Below are positions 60,256-64,000 of a stretch of DNA of 64,000 bases, piece by piece. The stretch comes from Pelagomonas calceolata (Eukaryota): the NCBI GenBank assembly GCA_918797485.1, contig CAKKNE010000001.1:248001-312000 (forward strand), read 5' to 3'. The stretch's first letter is position 1. Each line of letters opens with the position of its first letter. The notes beneath the pieces were generated by a model. It was not told the origin of the DNA, ran no database searches, and saw nothing but the letters and a program-made list of their open reading frames with translations. The position numbers and the translations under genes are program-made.

Positions 60256-62244
60256 TCAGGCGCGTCGCCCGCCCGCCGCCGCGCGGCGTGGGACGCTCGA
60301 GCTACTGAGACTGTCAGTGAGGCGATCGGACTCCGGGCGCCTCGTCCGGCGCTTTTTGGATGGCGGGTTGTTCCGGAGCCACGCGATCCCCTCGGCCAGC
60401 GTCATGGCGCGGCCGGCTTCGGGGTTCCAGGGTACCGTCTGCTTGCCGTCGTCGCGGTGCGACTCGAGCATATAGTAGAAGGGCGTCTTGTCATCCGGGC
60501 ATTCGTGCGTGGGGACGTCCGCCTCGATGAGCGCCCTCGCGGCGTCGCTCACGAGTCGCTGGAGCTCGCTCTTCTGTGCCGTGAGATACATCGCGTTCGT
60601 CCCCTGGAAGTCGGCCCGCTCGCGTTCGTCCGCCGCCTCCTGCTTGACCGCGACCAGGCGCTCGCTCGTCGCCCGCGCGTGTTGTGTGAGCAGCTCGTTT
60701 TCGACGGGCGGCGGCGCGGCGTCGTCGCCAGCGTCGTCGTCCTGAGTCAGATCGACCACCTTGGGCTCGTAGTGCTCGAGTTTGCGCTTGAGCGTCGCGT
60801 TCTCATCCCTCAGTTGCGACCGGCATCCTCCGTCTAGTACCCGTTCGCCAAGCGCATGCAACGTCTTCGCGGCCTCCTGCTTGCAGGTGGGGGTGCCGTA
60901 TTTCTGCATTCCGTCGAGCGGCTCGATAGCGCCGGCTGCGATGATCGCAGCCTTGGATTCATGGTCGTGGGCGAGAGACCGCAATGCGTGAGCGGCAGCC
61001 GCCTTGTCGTCGGCCTTGCCGTTCCTCAGTACTGTCACGAGCGGCGAGAGAGCGCCGGCGGCGATGATCACGGCACTCTTGCGGGCATCGTAGGCGATTC
61101 TAGCCAACACCTTTGCAGCAGATCTCTGGCCAATCTCCGAGCCGTTCGCCACGATTTCCACGAGCCGCGGGATGGCACCGGTCTCGACGATGGCGTCACA
61201 ATTGGCGGCTTTTCTGACGAACGCACCCAAGGCCTGCAAAGCCTGAGTCTGAGTAGGGGGCGACGTGGTTGAAAATAATACTACGAGCGCCTCACTAATG
61301 GTGGCACGAGTGGCGCCGTCGTCGCCAGCAATGACCACCAACGCCTTTGAGGCGGCTGCCGCGAGACGGAGTTTCTGCCCCCCGTCTTCATCGTTCTCAC
61401 CGAGATTCCCGGCAGTTGTCACGAATTCAAGGAGCGGCGAGATGCAGCCGGCCTTCTTAATAGCGTCGCAGGCGAGTTTATTCCCACTGGCGAGTTGCCC
61501 TAATATTCCCACGGCGCGCCGCTTTAAATCAATACCACCGTCGTTCGTCACTACCGACAAGAGAGCCCCGATGCCACCGGCGTCGGTAATCAAGGCACGA
61601 TTGGCGGATGTCTTGGCGATTTGGCCCAAAGCCTTAACGGCTTTTGTGGTAGCGGGTTTCCCTGCACCCTGCCTGGAACGCAATGAGTTTATAAGTCGCT
61701 CGACTTCCGTGCGCACGTCTTCCACAGGCGCGGGAGGTGGTGGCGAAGCTGAGTCGGCGGACGGCGCTTGCGCGCGCTCCGCTTCCTCGGTTGCGGCGCC
61801 GACGACCACCGATGGCGCCACGGTGGCCGGAGCCGCCGCCGGCGCTTGTGAACCGGGCGCGAAGAGGTCCGCGAGCAAAGTGAGGACACCTATTAAAGGC
61901 GCGTCCGTCGGCGCGCCCTCCTCGTTGTTCGCGGCCCGCCTCGCCGCCTCCCTAATGAACGCTGCAGCGTTCGCGTCATTCATCCGCAAGTTCTGTGTCG
62001 CGAGTGCTTTTTGCAGCGCGTCGCCGTCAATGGTCGCACAATTCTGTCTACGTAAAGCCACCTTGAGGCCGCGCAATTTCGCGGGTGTCACATTCTGGCG
62101 CCTGAGCTCCGCAACGCCGCGAGCGCACTGCACTACATGTAGTGAGGCCTCCATGTGAGCTAGGACTGCTGCGGTGCCGCCTGATACCGCTCTTTTTGTG
62201 AAAATTTCGACCTGTAGAAGGTGTCTTGAGTGTCTTGCATCCAC
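60256..62244 (-). CDS. Armadillo-repeat protein
   Basis: AGGIGALLSVV, AGCISPLLEF, TGAIPRLVEI, AGALSPLVTVL, AGAIEPL. Confidence 0.8.
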   Translation of the reverse strand: MDARHSRHLLQVEIFTKRAVSGGTAAVLAHMEASLHVVQCARGVAELRRQNVTPAKLRGLKVALRRQNCATIDGDALQKALATQNLRMNDANAAAFIREAARRAANNEEGAPTDAPLIGVLTLLADLFAPGSQAPAAAPATVAPSVVVGAATEEAERAQAPSADSASPPPPAPVEDVRTEVERLINSLRSRQGAGKPATTKAVKALGQIAKTSANRALITDAGGIGALLSVVTNDGGIDLKRRAVGILGQLASGNKLACDAIKKAGCISPLLEFVTTAGNLGENDEDGGQKLRLAAAASKALVVIAGDDGATRATISEALVVLFSTTSPPTQTQALQALGAFVRKAANCDAIVETGAIPRLVEIVANGSEIGQRSAAKVLARIAYDARKSAVIIAAGALSPLVTVLRNGKADDKAAAAHALRSLAHDHESKAAIIAAGAIEPLDGMQKYGTPTCKQEAAKTLHALGERVLDGGCRSQLRDENATLKRKLEHYEPKVVDLTQDDDAGDDAAPPPVENELLTQHARATSERLVAVKQEAADERERADFQGTNAMYLTAQKSELQRLVSDAARALIEADVPTHECPDDKTPFYYMLESHRDDGKQTVPWNPEAGRAMTLAEGIAWLRNNPPSKKRRTRRPESDRLTDSLSSSSVPRRAAAGGRRA

Positions 62245-62416
62245 CAGCTTAGCTCTATCGTCTGTTGCGACCGAGAGCCAAAATGAGTTCGGAGAGCAAA
62301 AAAAAAACCCGTGCCGCAGAAATTCTGGAAGTCAAGTCCTGGCCAGCACGCCGCCGCCGCGGCAAGAAGAGACTAGAACGAATGTCTGTTACACGAGCCC
62401 CACCACCAGGAACTCT

Positions 62417-63154
62417 CTAGGCGACCGGCGCCGCCTCGGCCACGGCCTCGGCCACGTCCGCGACCGCCGCCGCAGCGCCGCCCGCCGGCGCCAGCAGCAA
62501 CCCGCCGAGCGCGTTGTCCACGGCGTTCAGGAACGGGATCTGGTAGATCATGCTGTACGCCGAGAAGATAATGAGGCCGAGCATCGCCAAACGGCCGTTC
62601 CAGAGCTCCGCCGCGGGGGTTAATCCGGTGTCGAAGGCCGGCACCAGACCGGCGGGCTCCTCGTCGGGCTCCCCCGGTTCGAGGAGGAGCGTGTCCTGGA
62701 ACGGGAGCGGGCAGAACGCGGCACACAGCGACACCACCAAAAAGTGGATGTTCGCGACGAGGATGCACGCGCGCTCGTTCGTGATCGTGATGCCGCCGCC
62801 CTTGCCGCCGGAGATGATGGCGAGCGTGCCCCACTGCTTGAAATCTAAGAGCTTCTCGGGGTCGGGGATGAGGCCGTGGGCCTTGCAGTAGCCCGTCGCG
62901 ATGATGAAGGCCCAGCCGAACATGGCGTGGCGCCCGTTCCACCGTTCCGCCTTGACGGACACGCCCCAGCCATAGCTGTTAAATTCGGGGAACTGCTCCT
63001 GGAACATTTCCGTGCCCTGCTCCATGAAGCCGCCCGGCGACGATTTTAATGTGGAGTCCGTGTACTTCTCGACGACCTTCGAGACCTTCGAGACCGGCGC
63101 CACCAGGGCGGAGGCCCCGGCCACGAGGGCCAACGCCGCGACGGTCCGCGCCAT
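62417..63154 (-). CDS. RedCAP: Red-lineage chlorophyll a/b-binding-like protein (RedCAP)
   Basis: GWGVSVKAERWNGRHAMFGW...GLIPDP...KQWGTLA...ITNERA...AELWNGRLAMLG; bipartite presequence GASA-LVAP. Confidence 0.9.
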   Translation of the reverse strand: MARTVAALALVAGASALVAPVSKVSKVVEKYTDSTLKSSPGGFMEQGTEMFQEQFPEFNSYGWGVSVKAERWNGRHAMFGWAFIIATGYCKAHGLIPDPEKLLDFKQWGTLAIISGGKGGGITITNERACILVANIHFLVVSLCAAFCPLPFQDTLLLEPGEPDEEPAGLVPAFDTGLTPAAELWNGRLAMLGLIIFSAYSMIYQIPFLNAVDNALGGLLLAPAGGAAAAVADVAEAVAEAAPVA

Positions 63155-64000
63155 CGTGACGACCTGCGTTTCGTTCGTAGGGGGTGAGTGGGGTGCCGGC
63201 GGCGGCGCGCGTCGACGTCGCGCGACTGGGGTGTGTGGAGGCCTCTCGCCATGGCGACCGGAGGCGGCCGCCCTCGTGGCTCACCCAAGGACGGTCTAGA
63301 CAGCCTGGCAGCGTCCAGGCGCGTCAGACTGGGGCCGAGGCCACGCCGACTGGCGTCAAGGTGGCGCGCCGCGCAGGGCGGCCGGCCTCCGCTGGCGCGC
63401 TCTGTCCGAGGTCGTACCGTTCATGCGAACGGAGGCCCTTCGGCCGAGACGAAGTGAGCAGTGCGTCCATGGCGAGCGGCGCCGTCACGGAGGCCCGACA
63501 GCTGCGCGCCGCACGGCTAGGATGGCCCGCAATAGGCCATCCAGCCATGAGCAGATGAGCAGGCGGTCCTCTGTTTGCCGCCGCCGTCACGCAACGCAAA
63601 AGCTACGAGCCGTAGATGATCCATAAGAGAGTTCGAAAACGGGCTGCGAATGAATAATGCACGGTCAGGCACCGAGTAAATAGGGCGGTCTCACCTCCTT
63701 GACGGCGCACCCAAATCGAGCCTCCGCGGCCGACCCCCCTATTTCCCGCTCAAAGCTCGCCGGGCGGCCCCAGAGCCGTCCCCTGTACGCCTACAAACCA
63801 CGGCGGCGGCGCGTTGGCCAGCCATCGGCCGGCGCGCGGCGGCGCGGTGCAAAAACTAGACACAAAGGTGGCCCACCGCGCGCCCACACCACAGAAGCAT
63901 ACCTCAAACTACCATTACCCGAAAACTAACGCGCCTCGTCGCAAGGCGGCGGCCCGACCGGCGGCCGCGGCGGCCCGGGCGCCGCGAAGTTCCGCCGTCT

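Noticed and set aside
63160..64000. Possible 5'-UTR intron or element upstream of RedCAP
   Set aside because: An acceptor-like site lies near 63164, but no donor, TIR or coding signal could be supported.

Overview
GC-rich, gene-dense eukaryotic nuclear DNA, most likely from a pelagophyte alga (Pelagomonas/Aureococcus-like). This taxonomic call is an inference from RedCAP, bipartite plastid-targeting peptides and abundant introner-type introns. The window holds about 33 protein-coding genes, many of them housekeeping or plastid-related: TRM61, beta-tubulin, VTC1, ALDH, cap methyltransferase, UCH37, cathepsin Z, RedCAP, a GT60 GlcNAc-transferase, a TL15-like protein and DUF3007. Many reading frames carry small indels that look like long-read consensus errors, so exact gene models are approximate. 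Highlights: (1) a probably myristoylated RelA/SpoT-like nucleotidyltransferase + SF1 helicase + 7xWD40 gene (16230-20380, -), in which each WD40 repeat is its own phase-0 exon separated by near-identical ~50-nt introns and varies at a few positions, a candidate immune receptor; (2) a head-to-head pair of a soluble-adenylyl-cyclase-like STAND protein with an inserted cNMP-binding domain (36471-42959, -) and an ankyrin-phosphodiesterase (43468-46069, +); (3) a 20-23 bp CTAG...CTAG motif (consensus CTAGTGTCTTACAnGCCGCTAG) recurring in about ten promoter-side intergenic regions; (4) more than 20 introner-like introns, five of them TIR-family elements with 8-bp target-site duplications; and (5) an 854-bp MITE-like element at 46251-47104.
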